A DNA stretch of 64,000 bases from a virus (Duplodnaviria > Caudoviricetes), in IMG/VR virus record IMGVR_UViG_3300042558_004043; one strand, given 5' to 3'. Made by a program: the position numbers and the translations under genes. Shown one piece after another: positions 48,144-57,893 of this stretch (its first letter is position 1; every line of letters begins with the position of its first letter). The notes under the pieces are model-generated. The model was not told the origin of the DNA. It worked only from the letters and a program-made list of their open reading frames with translations, and ran no database searches.

Positions 48144-48548
48144 ATGAGTAAAATTATAAGATTGACAGAATCAGATTTGAAAAGAATTATTGAGATGGTT
48201 ACCGCTCAGATGAATGAAGGTATCATATATGAAGATGAATATGGAAGTGTTGTTGAAACTGATTTCGAATCAACTGACGTTTTAAATGAAGCGGAGTATA
48301 AGGGTAGAAAAGTACAGCTTGGTAAAATCATGCAAGGTGATATTAAAAAGTTTAAAGTTTATGTTAAGAATGAAAATGGTAAAGTTGTTAAGGTAAACTT
48401 TGGTTTTGGTGGTAAGTCCGCAAAAGGAAAAAGAATGACAATCAAGAAAAATAATCCTGAAAGAAGAAAATCTTTCAGAGCGAGACACAATTGTGACAAT
48501 CCTGGACCAAGATGGAAACCAAGATATTGGGCGTGTCGTACTTGGTAA
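48144..48548 (+). CDS. leader-bearing protein with basic C-terminal Cys/Trp domain
   Basis: MSKIIRLTESDLKRII; EAEYKGRKV...RRKSFRARHNC...RYWACRTW. Confidence 0.7.
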   Translation: MSKIIRLTESDLKRIIEMVTAQMNEGIIYEDEYGSVVETDFESTDVLNEAEYKGRKVQLGKIMQGDIKKFKVYVKNENGKVVKVNFGFGGKSAKGKRMTIKKNNPERRKSFRARHNCDNPGPRWKPRYWACRTW

Positions 48549-49556
48549 TTACTTATCGTATCTTTTACGGGCGTTTTCTGTTATGAACACAAAATCAGAG
48601 TATTTGAATGACTCAAGATTTTTTGAATTGGTATAAGACATTGCCGACCTCAAATAATCCTTAAAGTTTTCAGTCCAACCCGTTAATGTGTATTCGACTT
48701 TATTCATCCGATGGACACCTTCGGATGTTTTAATTTTACCTCGGCCCCATTTTTTCTGAACTTCTTTTGTACTCATACCTCTAAACTTTTTGTAGAAATA
48801 CTTTCTCATAAACGGATACTTTTCCCAAATTTTAATTGCTCGTTCTTTGGATAATTTAAACTTACCAAACAACAGAGTGTCTGAACATGACTCCAAAGTT
48901 TTATTCAACATACCTCCTAACATTACATAGTCAGCACCCAAAGCGAGAGCTTTAATAATGTCATCGTAATTTCTGAAGCCTCCATCTGCAACAATTTTAG
49001 AATTATACCCCCACTGTTTTTTAATTTCAAAACATTCCTTAATTAAAGACGCCATTGGGTAATGGACACCAGTATTTGCCGATGTTAAACAACCACTACC
49101 ACCACCAATACCAACACGAACATACTTAACACCAATCTCGGCAAATTTTTCATATGTTTTTGGGTTGGCAATATTTCCAATCATTAATTCACCATATGGG
49201 TATTGTTCCATAAACTTTTTGGATAAATTGTATAGTTTTTCCATATGACCGTTGGCAATATCAACCAGTATTTTTGGTAGTACCGAACACTTGGTATTTA
49301 CCAATTTCTCAAATTCATCTAATGATATTGATTTGAAACCTGTATAAGTTGGTTCCAAACCTCTTGGGTAACATAGAACCATGTTTTCTTGCCAAAAATC
49401 GATAGAACTTGTATAATCAATGACAGTATCCATTGGTGATACCATAAGGGGTAAATGACGCGAATCAGTCAAAATATCAATTTCACTACGAGACGAAATT
49501 GATGATATGGTTTCAGGAACCAATGTGATATCTTTGAAATCGAACTTTTTATCCAT
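48549..49556 (-). CDS. IMP dehydrogenase / GMP reductase family enzyme, no CBS domains
   Basis: SPMDTV, VDIANGH, RVGIGGGSGCLT, VADGG, ALALGADYVMLG, FRGMS. Confidence 0.88.
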   Translation of the reverse strand: MDKKFDFKDITLVPETISSISSRSEIDILTDSRHLPLMVSPMDTVIDYTSSIDFWQENMVLCYPRGLEPTYTGFKSISLDEFEKLVNTKCSVLPKILVDIANGHMEKLYNLSKKFMEQYPYGELMIGNIANPKTYEKFAEIGVKYVRVGIGGGSGCLTSANTGVHYPMASLIKECFEIKKQWGYNSKIVADGGFRNYDDIIKALALGADYVMLGGMLNKTLESCSDTLLFGKFKLSKERAIKIWEKYPFMRKYFYKKFRGMSTKEVQKKWGRGKIKTSEGVHRMNKVEYTLTGWTENFKDYLRSAMSYTNSKNLESFKYSDFVFITENARKRYDK

Positions 49557-49619
49557 ATTATTTGTTTAACACTAAAATATAAGTGAAAAATTATTATCGG
49601 TCAAAGAGTATTTATTGAT

Positions 49620-50630
49620 ATGTTAAGTGAAAAAGCGATAGATAGGATTAATGGTCTATTAAAAGATAATACTTTCAATTATACCGGGGAACTTATACAA
49701 AATTTAAACGGTAATATTAATTTCAAGATTGAGTTATTGGGTTATAGAAATATGATAAGAGTTGGTGAGCCATACCCATACATGAGGGTAAAAATAACTA
49801 TTACCGATATCAAAGATAGAGTTAGTAGACTTGTTCTTTTACAACTTAAAAAAGTAGAAAAGGAAGATATATTACGTCATTTAGATAGAAATATGTGGAC
49901 GTTCAAACGTGGAGTTCAAAATTACTTATCTTCGGTACTCCAATTCTTCGACACAGAAAATTATGAAAATGTTGTTATTGATGAATTTGTTTTTGATTAT
50001 GATATTGACGAGGATGAACTTGTAAGGGATTTAAGGGAACAAAAAGTACCCACTTTGGCAGTTAGAACTGTAATTAGAGATATTGTAACGGTTTTAAAAT
50101 CAGGTAAAACTGATGAAATTATGTTACCTTATGACTTAAATGGTCAAGAAAGTTATGAGATAATGAATTTTCCTGAGTTTGACGTTTTTTTGGATGTTAG
50201 ACAGGTTGATTTTGAAGAGATTAAATCAGGTGCTGACTTTTTAATACAGTCAGGTTATGTGTCTGAGGGGCAACAATTACAAATTTTAATTCAGTATGTA
50301 CCTGAGAGACTACAAAAATCATTACATTCTATAGTTGGAAATCTTAATGACGATATTGCACACGAACTACAACATTTGAGACAGGATGTTGAAGGTAGAC
50401 TCGATATTACCGATTATAAAGGGTCAAATGTTGGATATTTTTTACAACCAGATGAAATTGAGGCTCAATATAGAGGACTCAAAAGAAAATCGAAGATTAT
50501 GGGATTACCTATGATTGATGTTGTTGATGATTGGTTTGAAAATAATGCAAAAAGATTTAGGTTATCTGATAAGGACGTTGCAAAGATAAAATCCGCTATT
50601 ATGAACTATCCTAAGAAGAAAATCTCTTAA
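49620..50630 (+). CDS. protein with C-terminal HExxH motif
   Basis: IAHELQHLRQ...YFLQPDEIEA; TATTTAT at 49609. Confidence 0.6.
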   Translation: MLSEKAIDRINGLLKDNTFNYTGELIQNLNGNINFKIELLGYRNMIRVGEPYPYMRVKITITDIKDRVSRLVLLQLKKVEKEDILRHLDRNMWTFKRGVQNYLSSVLQFFDTENYENVVIDEFVFDYDIDEDELVRDLREQKVPTLAVRTVIRDIVTVLKSGKTDEIMLPYDLNGQESYEIMNFPEFDVFLDVRQVDFEEIKSGADFLIQSGYVSEGQQLQILIQYVPERLQKSLHSIVGNLNDDIAHELQHLRQDVEGRLDITDYKGSNVGYFLQPDEIEAQYRGLKRKSKIMGLPMIDVVDDWFENNAKRFRLSDKDVAKIKSAIMNYPKKKIS

Positions 50631-51240
50631 TTATTTTACTAATTGAATTTCTAAGACCTATTGATGATACAGTTAGTAGTCCTGAAGTTAACAATCTATC
50701 TGAAATTTCCTTAACAGTAGAACTATCAATTTCACCACTTGTGGCGTATTGGGCCAAATAGAATAAAATCGGGGCTAAAAACGCATATGACATCAAGTTT
50801 GTCACTTTATATAAATGTAAATTTAAACTTCCCATGAAATCCATAAAAGCGGTTTTAAATTCCTGACTTTTATATAATGCCATTTTGAATGGTTCTTCTA
50901 AACCTTTTTCTTTAATAACATTAAGAACTTCTTTAACTTTTGATTTATTGTCTTGGAAGTATATTGCAATAACCCCAAGTAATACTATACTCAACTCTGT
51001 GTCAGATAGCCCTGAATAGTTACCACGTATAAATCTTGATAATGGCTCAATTAAACCACCAATAGTCGCCCCCCACGATATCAAAATATTAAAATGACCC
51101 CCAAATTCCTTAGAGGTTTCCTCAATAATATTTTTAACAGTTTCGTAGTTAGTTTTTAAAACACCAATCAATTCATCAACGATTGATTCAGTGATTAAAA
51201 CTTTTTTTTGACTTTCGTTTATTACTACAGTTAATTTCAT
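50611..51240 (-). CDS. leader-bearing hypothetical protein
   Basis: MKLTVVINESQKKVLITES; start revised. Confidence 0.6.
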   Translation of the reverse strand: MKLTVVINESQKKVLITESIVDELIGVLKTNYETVKNIIEETSKEFGGHFNILISWGATIGGLIEPLSRFIRGNYSGLSDTELSIVLLGVIAIYFQDNKSKVKEVLNVIKEKGLEEPFKMALYKSQEFKTAFMDFMGSLNLHLYKVTNLMSYAFLAPILFYLAQYATSGEIDSSTVKEISDRLLTSGLLTVSSIGLRNSISKIIKRFSS

Positions 51241-51284
51241 ACAATAATAAATACTTGAAATATATTTATTGTTAAAGTCAAAAT

Positions 51285-51887
51285 ATGATAAATCCAAAAT
51301 TAAAGGTCGGAGATAGGGTCCAGATATTACATATGGAGGATGAGATGGATATAATTCCTATGGGAACATGGGGAATAGTAGAAAGAGTTTCTAATGTAAT
51401 GGACGAAGACATTTATGGTGTTAAATGGGATAATGGTAAAACTTTAAACATTTTATCAACCTCCGATGTTTGGGACACCGAAGAAAATAGAGGTAAATTC
51501 AAAAAGAAAAAAATAACTGAGCAGGGTGAAATTGAAAGACATAATGCCTTGTATGGCAATATGGATGTGTTTACCAATTTTAAAATGAGGTACTTACAAG
51601 AGTATTTAAAAAAAGTTAGAGAGTGTGGTGCCGTAAATATGTTTACCGCGGCTCATTTTCTTTACATGGGAAGAGACCGAATGGAACATATGTTTCGTTA
51701 TCAGGATATTGAAAGTGATATTTGTGAAGAAGTTTTGGATATGGCAAACATGGCACAACATGAAATGGTATCAGGGGTTATTAAGGTTTTAGAAAGCGAA
51801 GGAAAAGAGGTTGAGTTAAATAAAATTAACAGATATCTCCAAAGATACTCTCAAAAAGTTTTAGATGTTTACATGCATATATTCTGA
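51285..51887 (+). CDS. protein with DUF4314-like N-terminal domain
   Basis: LKVGDRVQILHM...GTWGIV...VKWDNG. Confidence 0.55.
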   Translation: MINPKLKVGDRVQILHMEDEMDIIPMGTWGIVERVSNVMDEDIYGVKWDNGKTLNILSTSDVWDTEENRGKFKKKKITEQGEIERHNALYGNMDVFTNFKMRYLQEYLKKVRECGAVNMFTAAHFLYMGRDRMEHMFRYQDIESDICEEVLDMANMAQHEMVSGVIKVLESEGKEVELNKINRYLQRYSQKVLDVYMHIF

Positions 51888-52166
51888 GTAATAAATTATT
51901 TTATCATTATCAGGAATAGGGGTTATATTTAAATCCAAAAAAACGGGATTTTGGTCTCCGGCATAAAGTCCCAAAATATTATAATCATAATATTCTTCGG
52001 CTTCATCCATAGTCATACCATCTCTGACCATTAAAATATTCAAAATTTTTTCTTTTGAATATAAAATTCTTCTTCCGTTAAAATCTTCAACAATACCAAT
52101 AATAGCGGTATCTAAATCTGAAAGTATTACCGCACCTTCGGCGTATTCGTTAATATCTATTGTCAT
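51861..52166 (-). CDS. hypothetical phage protein
   Basis: AIIG...YSKEKIL...EEYYDYNILG. Confidence 0.6.
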   Translation of the reverse strand: MTIDINEYAEGAVILSDLDTAIIGIVEDFNGRRILYSKEKILNILMVRDGMTMDEAEEYYDYNILGLYAGDQNPVFLDLNITPIPDNDKIIYYSEYMHVNI

Positions 52167-52660
52167 TTTTTAATATATTCGTTAAAATCTATAGCAGTAT
52201 CATCTTTGTCACTAATAATTAATTGGTGACTACCAAGTAGTGACTCAATTCTTTTTCTAACTCCAGGTATACTCATCCAATGAATCGATACCTCATGTTC
52301 CTTTGAATAAATCTCATCAACAAAATAACTAACGATAGTTCCTGACTCCAAAGTTAAGAACCCGTGAGCATATCCTTTAGGAACAAATACGCCTTCACCT
52401 TCTTTTAATTCATACACTTCAACTTCACCTATATTTTCACCTTTTAAACATACTATAATATCAACTATTCGTCCTTTTATTACTGAAACATATTTGGATT
52501 GTTTTCTTGGTTCTGTTTGAAAGTGAAGTCCTCTCCAAGTAAATGGGTTATCATTAATACTTAAATTTGATTGAACCCAACGGTCTTCAATTTGAATTGG
52601 CGTAAATGAACCTCGATTATCTTTAAAAACAGAAATATTGAATTTTTTTGGAGTTTTCAT
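52163..52660 (-). CDS. rmlC: dTDP-4-dehydrorhamnose 3,5-epimerase
   Basis: FKDNRGSF, RGLHFQ, FVPKGYAHGFLTL, IISDKD. Confidence 0.9.
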   Translation of the reverse strand: MKTPKKFNISVFKDNRGSFTPIQIEDRWVQSNLSINDNPFTWRGLHFQTEPRKQSKYVSVIKGRIVDIIVCLKGENIGEVEVYELKEGEGVFVPKGYAHGFLTLESGTIVSYFVDEIYSKEHEVSIHWMSIPGVRKRIESLLGSHQLIISDKDDTAIDFNEYIKK

Positions 52661-52720
52661 ATTCGAAATATAAAAAATAATTTCCCATCAATCAATATAT
52701 TTATTTAGAAAAACAAAACT

Positions 52721-53272
52721 ATGAATTCATATTTTTTCAAAATGACCCAAGCCGAGAAAAATAATATTCTTGACCAACATAAAACAATTTATGATGGGTT
52801 TGCAACACAATATGGTCAACCAAAAGAACAACCATTATATACTCAAGATTTTGCCAATGACAAAAACGGAATTACTGTAAGTAATAAAGGTAATGTTAAG
52901 GGATACACAAATATGAATATTAATGAAGATGTTTTTACCGGTTCGATGGGAACCCCCGAACGAACTTTCGATTTTGGTGGCCCTGATGAAACATTTGAAG
53001 ATGAAGAATTCATGGTTAGTGTAGGTGAACAATTAGATATGATTGGAGACGGTTCTGATGATTTAGACCATGGAACATTTGAGGATGATGAAACGGAGAT
53101 GTTGGTAAGTCCCGAAGGTAAAATGGAAATGTTTGTAGATAATGATAAAGATGATTTTGATGAGATTGATATAACCTCAATGTTTGAAGAAATTGAAGAA
53201 GAAAAAATCGAGCCACTACAAGAACAGATTAATAAAACTCTTGATATGTTCAAGAGATTTAAGAATTTATAA
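52721..53272 (+). CDS. acidic hypothetical (putative virion) protein
   Basis: TATTTAT upstream; MTQAEKNNILDQH leader-like. Confidence 0.6.
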   Translation: MNSYFFKMTQAEKNNILDQHKTIYDGFATQYGQPKEQPLYTQDFANDKNGITVSNKGNVKGYTNMNINEDVFTGSMGTPERTFDFGGPDETFEDEEFMVSVGEQLDMIGDGSDDLDHGTFEDDETEMLVSPEGKMEMFVDNDKDDFDEIDITSMFEEIEEEKIEPLQEQINKTLDMFKRFKNL

Positions 53273-53276
53273 ATTT

Positions 53277-53615
53277 ATGGAAATCAAAGATTTAGTTTCA
53301 TTTTATGTGAATGAATCTACTCACACACTAGATGTTACGTTTAGATTAGATTCAGATAGAGATGATGAAGTAAGAACCGACCAAATTGGGTTTGATGAAA
53401 TTAAAGGTTTTGGGTATAACTTTTTGGACGACAAAATAGATGTATATAAAACTCTTTTTGAAGATGAGTCTTTCGAAGATGAAGAAGAGTTTGATTCAGA
53501 TATTTTTGAAGATATATTTTCTGACTCAGAAATCGATGAACACGAGATTGTCTCATTCTTAAATGAATACTATCTGATTTATAATTCTAGATTACCAAAA
53601 TCTGAAATTTATTAA
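53277..53615 (+). CDS. acidic hypothetical protein
   Basis: start revised to MEIKDL. Confidence 0.6.
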   Translation: MEIKDLVSFYVNESTHTLDVTFRLDSDRDDEVRTDQIGFDEIKGFGYNFLDDKIDVYKTLFEDESFEDEEEFDSDIFEDIFSDSEIDEHEIVSFLNEYYLIYNSRLPKSEIY

Positions 53616-54118
53616 GGTCCAACCCTTGTCATATGTATTGTCATTGATGATTGTTGCCAAATATTTGGAAACACCCATTGACCTGTGGTTCTGAATGTTA
53701 AACTTTCTGCGGAATCGTCCACAACTTTTAGAACCAATTTTCGTTCCATCAAATTAATATCAATATAACCCAAGTCATATTGATTATATGCTGGCACCAA
53801 ACTATAAAAATATTGTTCGGACCATTCTAATTGACCCACAGGATTAACATAAGGTAAAAAAGAAACCACACTATAGTCAAAATGCCATTTGGTATAACCA
53901 ACATGTATGTAATTGAGAGGAAAACTATCGGTTTCGTTTACAAAAACATCACCAGGCAGGTATGTAGTATCAGACCCAGTGTTAGGACCCTCAGTAATAT
54001 TAACAACTATTTTATCGATGATGTATTCACCACTTAGACTAACCAATGAAGGTTCTTCGTATCTATAACAAGATACTAATACACTTGATAATATAAAAAT
54101 CAAAAATATGTTTCTCAT
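53612..54118 (-). CDS. putative lipoprotein
   Basis: signal ending LVSC; TATATTTG upstream. Confidence 0.6.
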   Translation of the reverse strand: MRNIFLIFILSSVLVSCYRYEEPSLVSLSGEYIIDKIVVNITEGPNTGSDTTYLPGDVFVNETDSFPLNYIHVGYTKWHFDYSVVSFLPYVNPVGQLEWSEQYFYSLVPAYNQYDLGYIDINLMERKLVLKVVDDSAESLTFRTTGQWVFPNIWQQSSMTIHMTRVGP

Positions 54119-54174
54119 AATAGTAATATTTTACAAATATAGGAAATTTTTGAATAACAAAATATTTATTTTAT

Positions 54175-54423
54175 ATGAAAAACGACATTGATTCAATCAT
54201 TTCTCTGATGAAATCGTTTACTCCGTCATCAGATAAAGAAGAAATGGGAGAACAGGACGCAGCAGCTCCTGCCTCTGGAGGTGGAGGAGCAAAACCCGCA
54301 TATCCCACAGTCACAAAATGGGAAAGTGGTGTTGCAAGAACAGGACCCGCTAATCAAATAGGTCTTACGAAGTGGAGTGAAATTGTTAAATTAACAAGAG
54401 GTAAAGCTAATACTTTATTATGA
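54175..54423 (+). CDS. small hypothetical (putative virion) protein
   Basis: TATTTAT upstream; EMGEQ then Ala/Gly linker. Confidence 0.6.
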   Translation: MKNDIDSIISLMKSFTPSSDKEEMGEQDAAAPASGGGGAKPAYPTVTKWESGVARTGPANQIGLTKWSEIVKLTRGKANTLL

Positions 54424-54463
54424 ATTTAATATAACTAAGATATATTTATTAAAAAACTAAATT

Positions 54464-55417
54464 ATGGATAATAAGAGAAAAATAGGAGAAGAGGAATTAA
54501 AAAGAGCCCTTCTTATGATGAAATACGATAGTAAAAAGACATTAACTGAAAATATAAATGAAGTAGATACAGGATATTTAACAGGGGCGGGACTTGCAGG
54601 AGCCGGTACCGCCGTTGGTTTAGGGGCTGTAGCGACAGCAATGGGAGCGGGAGCTACCGCAGGTTCATTCGTACCTGGATTAGGTACTGCGATTGGAGCC
54701 GCAGTAGGGGCCACCATTGGAATAGTTCTAGCACTCTCAAATAACACTGGTTCTGCCGATAATACAATAAAAATTATTAAAACTTGTACATCTGGTGGTG
54801 TTGGTTCCCCTTCACAAAGTGATAGTGAATTAGAAGGAATTGTAAATCAAATATATACCGCAATAGAAGGTCTTGGAACTGACGAGGAAGCTATCAAAAA
54901 CGCTATTTCATCTTGTGATACATTTCCTGATTTTTGTAGGATGTCTGAAATTTATTTAGATAATTATAATGAAACTTTAGTAGATGCGTTGGATGGTGAT
55001 TTTGATTTACCAGGGGATTGGCAAGAATATATATATACACCTCTCAAACAAGTTATGAAAAGAACTAAAGTTATTGATGAAACTAAATTATCGGCAAGTA
55101 CAACTACTGACGGTGGAGACACTACAGGAGGCGGAGAAGTAGTTCCCGTACCTTCTGTTGGTAAATATAAGGCGTGTGAAGGTACTTACACTCAAGGATG
55201 TTATTCAGACGCTATCAAACAAATTCAAACATGTTTAGATTTGGTACCGGATGGTAAATATGGACCTAAAACACAAGCAGCTTTAGAAGGGGCAGGATTT
55301 GGCTCAGGGTTTAAAGATTCTGATGTAGATAAAATTTGTCAGACTCAAACAATGCCTGAACCTGATATGGATTTACCGACACCTGATGAAGATGACATTG
55401 ATTCATTGAATATTTAA
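54464..55417 (+). CDS. glycine-zipper + annexin-like repeat + peptidoglycan-binding domain protein
   Basis: GAGLAGAG...GAAVGATIG; AIEGLGTDEEAI; IKQIQTCL...PDGKYGPKTQAAL. Confidence 0.65.
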   Translation: MDNKRKIGEEELKRALLMMKYDSKKTLTENINEVDTGYLTGAGLAGAGTAVGLGAVATAMGAGATAGSFVPGLGTAIGAAVGATIGIVLALSNNTGSADNTIKIIKTCTSGGVGSPSQSDSELEGIVNQIYTAIEGLGTDEEAIKNAISSCDTFPDFCRMSEIYLDNYNETLVDALDGDFDLPGDWQEYIYTPLKQVMKRTKVIDETKLSASTTTDGGDTTGGGEVVPVPSVGKYKACEGTYTQGCYSDAIKQIQTCLDLVPDGKYGPKTQAALEGAGFGSGFKDSDVDKICQTQTMPEPDMDLPTPDEDDIDSLNI

Positions 55418-55430
55418 AAAATTTAACCGA

Positions 55431-57113
55431 ATGAAAAAAAGAAATATTATAACGGAACAAGCCGCTGTCATGGATGACAGAACAAAACTAAAAACCGCTG
55501 CCGAAAATGGATGTTATCCTAAATGGTTAAAAAATGGAAGATTAGGTAACTATAAAGGTAAAAAAGTTTGGTATGGCACAAACGATAAAGGAAATACCGT
55601 TATCTTCTATGCGGATATGACCGCAGAAGTTAAGTTCAAAGATACAGATAAACCTTCTAAAACTGGAAAATGGAAATGTCAGGCATTAGAACAAACAGTT
55701 GGTGTTGAAGCACCAATGGAACAATTTACTCCTGACCAACAAAAATACATTGAAGATTTGGTTAAGTATGAAGGTGTTGTTAGAGAAAAACCATCTGATT
55801 ATGAAACAAATCAAGGAAAATATGAAGTTATAGATTTAAATTCTAAAAACCCAACTTTATTCCCTAAAGTCGGAGTTGCGATGGTTTATAAACAAAAAGG
55901 TGAAATTAATATTGATAAACCACAACAAGACCAAATTATACAATCATATAAAGATAGAGGTTACCAAATTGAAAGACCGCCTGCAACCGAAAGTTTATTT
56001 TGGAACTCAATTAATTTAAGAACCGCTGAAGATGGTAAATACTCAGAATATTTTTCAACACCATTTTTCATGTATCAGAGAGTCCAAGATACAAAACTTG
56101 CGGACGAAGACATTAAACAAGTTGAAATTGATAGTCAAAGTCAAGATGTTGAAAAATCTTTATGTAGACAATATATTCAATCTTTATATACTCACATGTC
56201 TCAAAATAAGGCGATGGAAGATACTATGAAGAATAACATGAAGATTTATGTTAGAAGATGTGCAGCTCAAGATAAGATTCCAATGTTTGCCAAGAGTAAA
56301 TATGAGGAATTATATGGTTTGAACCCTTATAGAAATTCTTATAGTTTGAGATGTCCGGCAGGATACAAATTAAACGAATTAAAAGTATGTATGCCGGTTA
56401 AGGGAAAAAATGAAAGTATCGAACAAAAAGAAGTCATTGATAGTTACGAGATTGATTTAAAAAAATCAATTAAAGAAGGGCTTAAGAATTATAAAGGGTC
56501 AAAAAAAAAAGTTAACGAGAACGAGACCAAAATAATTAAAAATAGAATTAAATTCATAACTGAAGACATAAATTTAGATTCAGTTGAGAACCAAAAAAAG
56601 GTAGGTTCAGAATTATTCGAGGAAGTTATGTACCTTCGTTCACAAGGTTTTAATTCTCCGATATTAAATGAAGGTTTATTTGACTTTTTAGGTGGAGTTT
56701 TAGGACATTCAACTGAAGGTGTGAGTCAGTTCTTTAAGGAAAAATTGGTTGATAAGGTCCTATCAATTTTGGGAGTAAATCCTGATAGCTGGGTTGGAGG
56801 TGTAGTATCAACAACTATTGGTAACTTGGCATTAAGTGATATTCCTAAAGTATTTACCGATTGTAGTTTTACAACAAAATTATTGTCAAAATCAATCGCT
56901 GAAGAAGCCGTTAACCAAGTTAGATTAGGTGTTGGAGTATCTGGAGGTTTCTATGATATTCTTTCAAACACTTTAGTTGATATGATTGAAAAGGGTGATT
57001 TTGCCCAATCGGTTGAAGAAAAATTAGCAAATTCAATTTGTCCTATGTTATCTGATGTTAGACAAAAATTTACCGATACAGAACAAGGTTTAAAGGACAA
57101 AGTTTTTTCTTAA
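55431..57113 (+). CDS. large leader-bearing hypothetical (putative virion) protein
   Basis: MKKRNIITEQ; internal ITED and ILNEG motifs. Confidence 0.6.
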   Translation: MKKRNIITEQAAVMDDRTKLKTAAENGCYPKWLKNGRLGNYKGKKVWYGTNDKGNTVIFYADMTAEVKFKDTDKPSKTGKWKCQALEQTVGVEAPMEQFTPDQQKYIEDLVKYEGVVREKPSDYETNQGKYEVIDLNSKNPTLFPKVGVAMVYKQKGEINIDKPQQDQIIQSYKDRGYQIERPPATESLFWNSINLRTAEDGKYSEYFSTPFFMYQRVQDTKLADEDIKQVEIDSQSQDVEKSLCRQYIQSLYTHMSQNKAMEDTMKNNMKIYVRRCAAQDKIPMFAKSKYEELYGLNPYRNSYSLRCPAGYKLNELKVCMPVKGKNESIEQKEVIDSYEIDLKKSIKEGLKNYKGSKKKVNENETKIIKNRIKFITEDINLDSVENQKKVGSELFEEVMYLRSQGFNSPILNEGLFDFLGGVLGHSTEGVSQFFKEKLVDKVLSILGVNPDSWVGGVVSTTIGNLALSDIPKVFTDCSFTTKLLSKSIAEEAVNQVRLGVGVSGGFYDILSNTLVDMIEKGDFAQSVEEKLANSICPMLSDVRQKFTDTEQGLKDKVFS

Positions 57114-57180
57114 GAAACCTAGCAGAGTAGTTTCTGCAATGGGATAAACCACTAAAAGAAAGGGGGTATTCCAAATCTAA

Positions 57181-57209
57181 CAAAAAGGTGTCGAGAGACA
57201 CCTTTTTGT
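57181..57209. terminator. bidirectional terminator
   Basis: CAAAAAGGTGTC-gaga-GACACCTTTTTG between convergent genes. Confidence 0.8.
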
Positions 57210-57210
57210 T

Positions 57211-57702
57211 TTATATGAAGGATTTTCTGAACTCCTCCCACACAAACTCAACCTGAGGGTTAACAACATCTGAAAATATTGTTGGTTCGTATGGTTTTTT
57301 TAAAAACTTCATACCCGCTTCCTCAGGTGTACAATTATCTTTTGTACGGTTACATGACGAACAACAAGTAACAAGATTTAACCAAGTATTGTCCCCACCT
57401 CGTGATTTAGGAATGACATGGTCAACCGTTAAATTTTTTTTACTACCACAATAAACACATTGATAGTCATCTCGTCTAAAAAGTCTATGACGATTAATTT
57501 TTAATTTGTGGTATCTGAATTTGACATAATTGAAAAGACGTATAATAAGAGGTCTAACAAATGTTTGTAAACCAGCAAGTATAGGTTTTTCGTGAGATTT
57601 TAATATCTCAGCCTTACCTTTATTTACCAAATTGAACCCCTTATAAACGGATGTCACATTAATGGGGGTAAAATCTGAGTTTAGAACTAAAACTTTCTCC
57701 AT
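57211..57702 (-). CDS. HNH endonuclease (McrA-like)
   Basis: RDDYQCVYCG...TVDHVIPKSRGG...NLVTCCSSCNRTK. Confidence 0.92.
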   Translation of the reverse strand: MEKVLVLNSDFTPINVTSVYKGFNLVNKGKAEILKSHEKPILAGLQTFVRPLIIRLFNYVKFRYHKLKINRHRLFRRDDYQCVYCGSKKNLTVDHVIPKSRGGDNTWLNLVTCCSSCNRTKDNCTPEEAGMKFLKKPYEPTIFSDVVNPQVEFVWEEFRKSFI

Positions 57703-57760
57703 CCATTCAAATATACGAAATTTTAGTCACATAAAAAATAACCTGTAAAAAAATAATTTA

Positions 57761-57791
57761 TTTGTCAATTCGAAAATTCTACCTATATTTG
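57761..57791 (+). promoter_or_regulatory. Bacteroidota sigma-A type promoter upstream of tRNA-Arg
   Basis: TTTG 57761-64, 19-nt spacer, TATATTTG 57784-91. Confidence 0.75.
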
Positions 57792-57809
57792 TAATCACAA
57801 ACAACAAAT

Positions 57810-57883
57810 GCTCCCGTAGCTCAGTTGGATAGAGCAACAGATTTCTAATCTGTGGGCCAGGGGTTCGAATCCCTTCGGGAGTA
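57810..57883 (+). tRNA. tRNA-Arg(UCU)
   Basis: GCTCCCG/CGGGAGT acceptor, ACAGA-TTTCTAA-TCTGT anticodon arm, GGTTCGAATCC T-arm; CCA not encoded. Confidence 0.93.
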
Positions 57884-57893
57884 CTAATTTTTT

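Noticed and set aside
57211-57702. HNH endonuclease as the homing enzyme for the tRNA intron
   Set aside because: Free-standing, 2.6 kb away, generic McrA-like; nothing in the sequence links it to the intron
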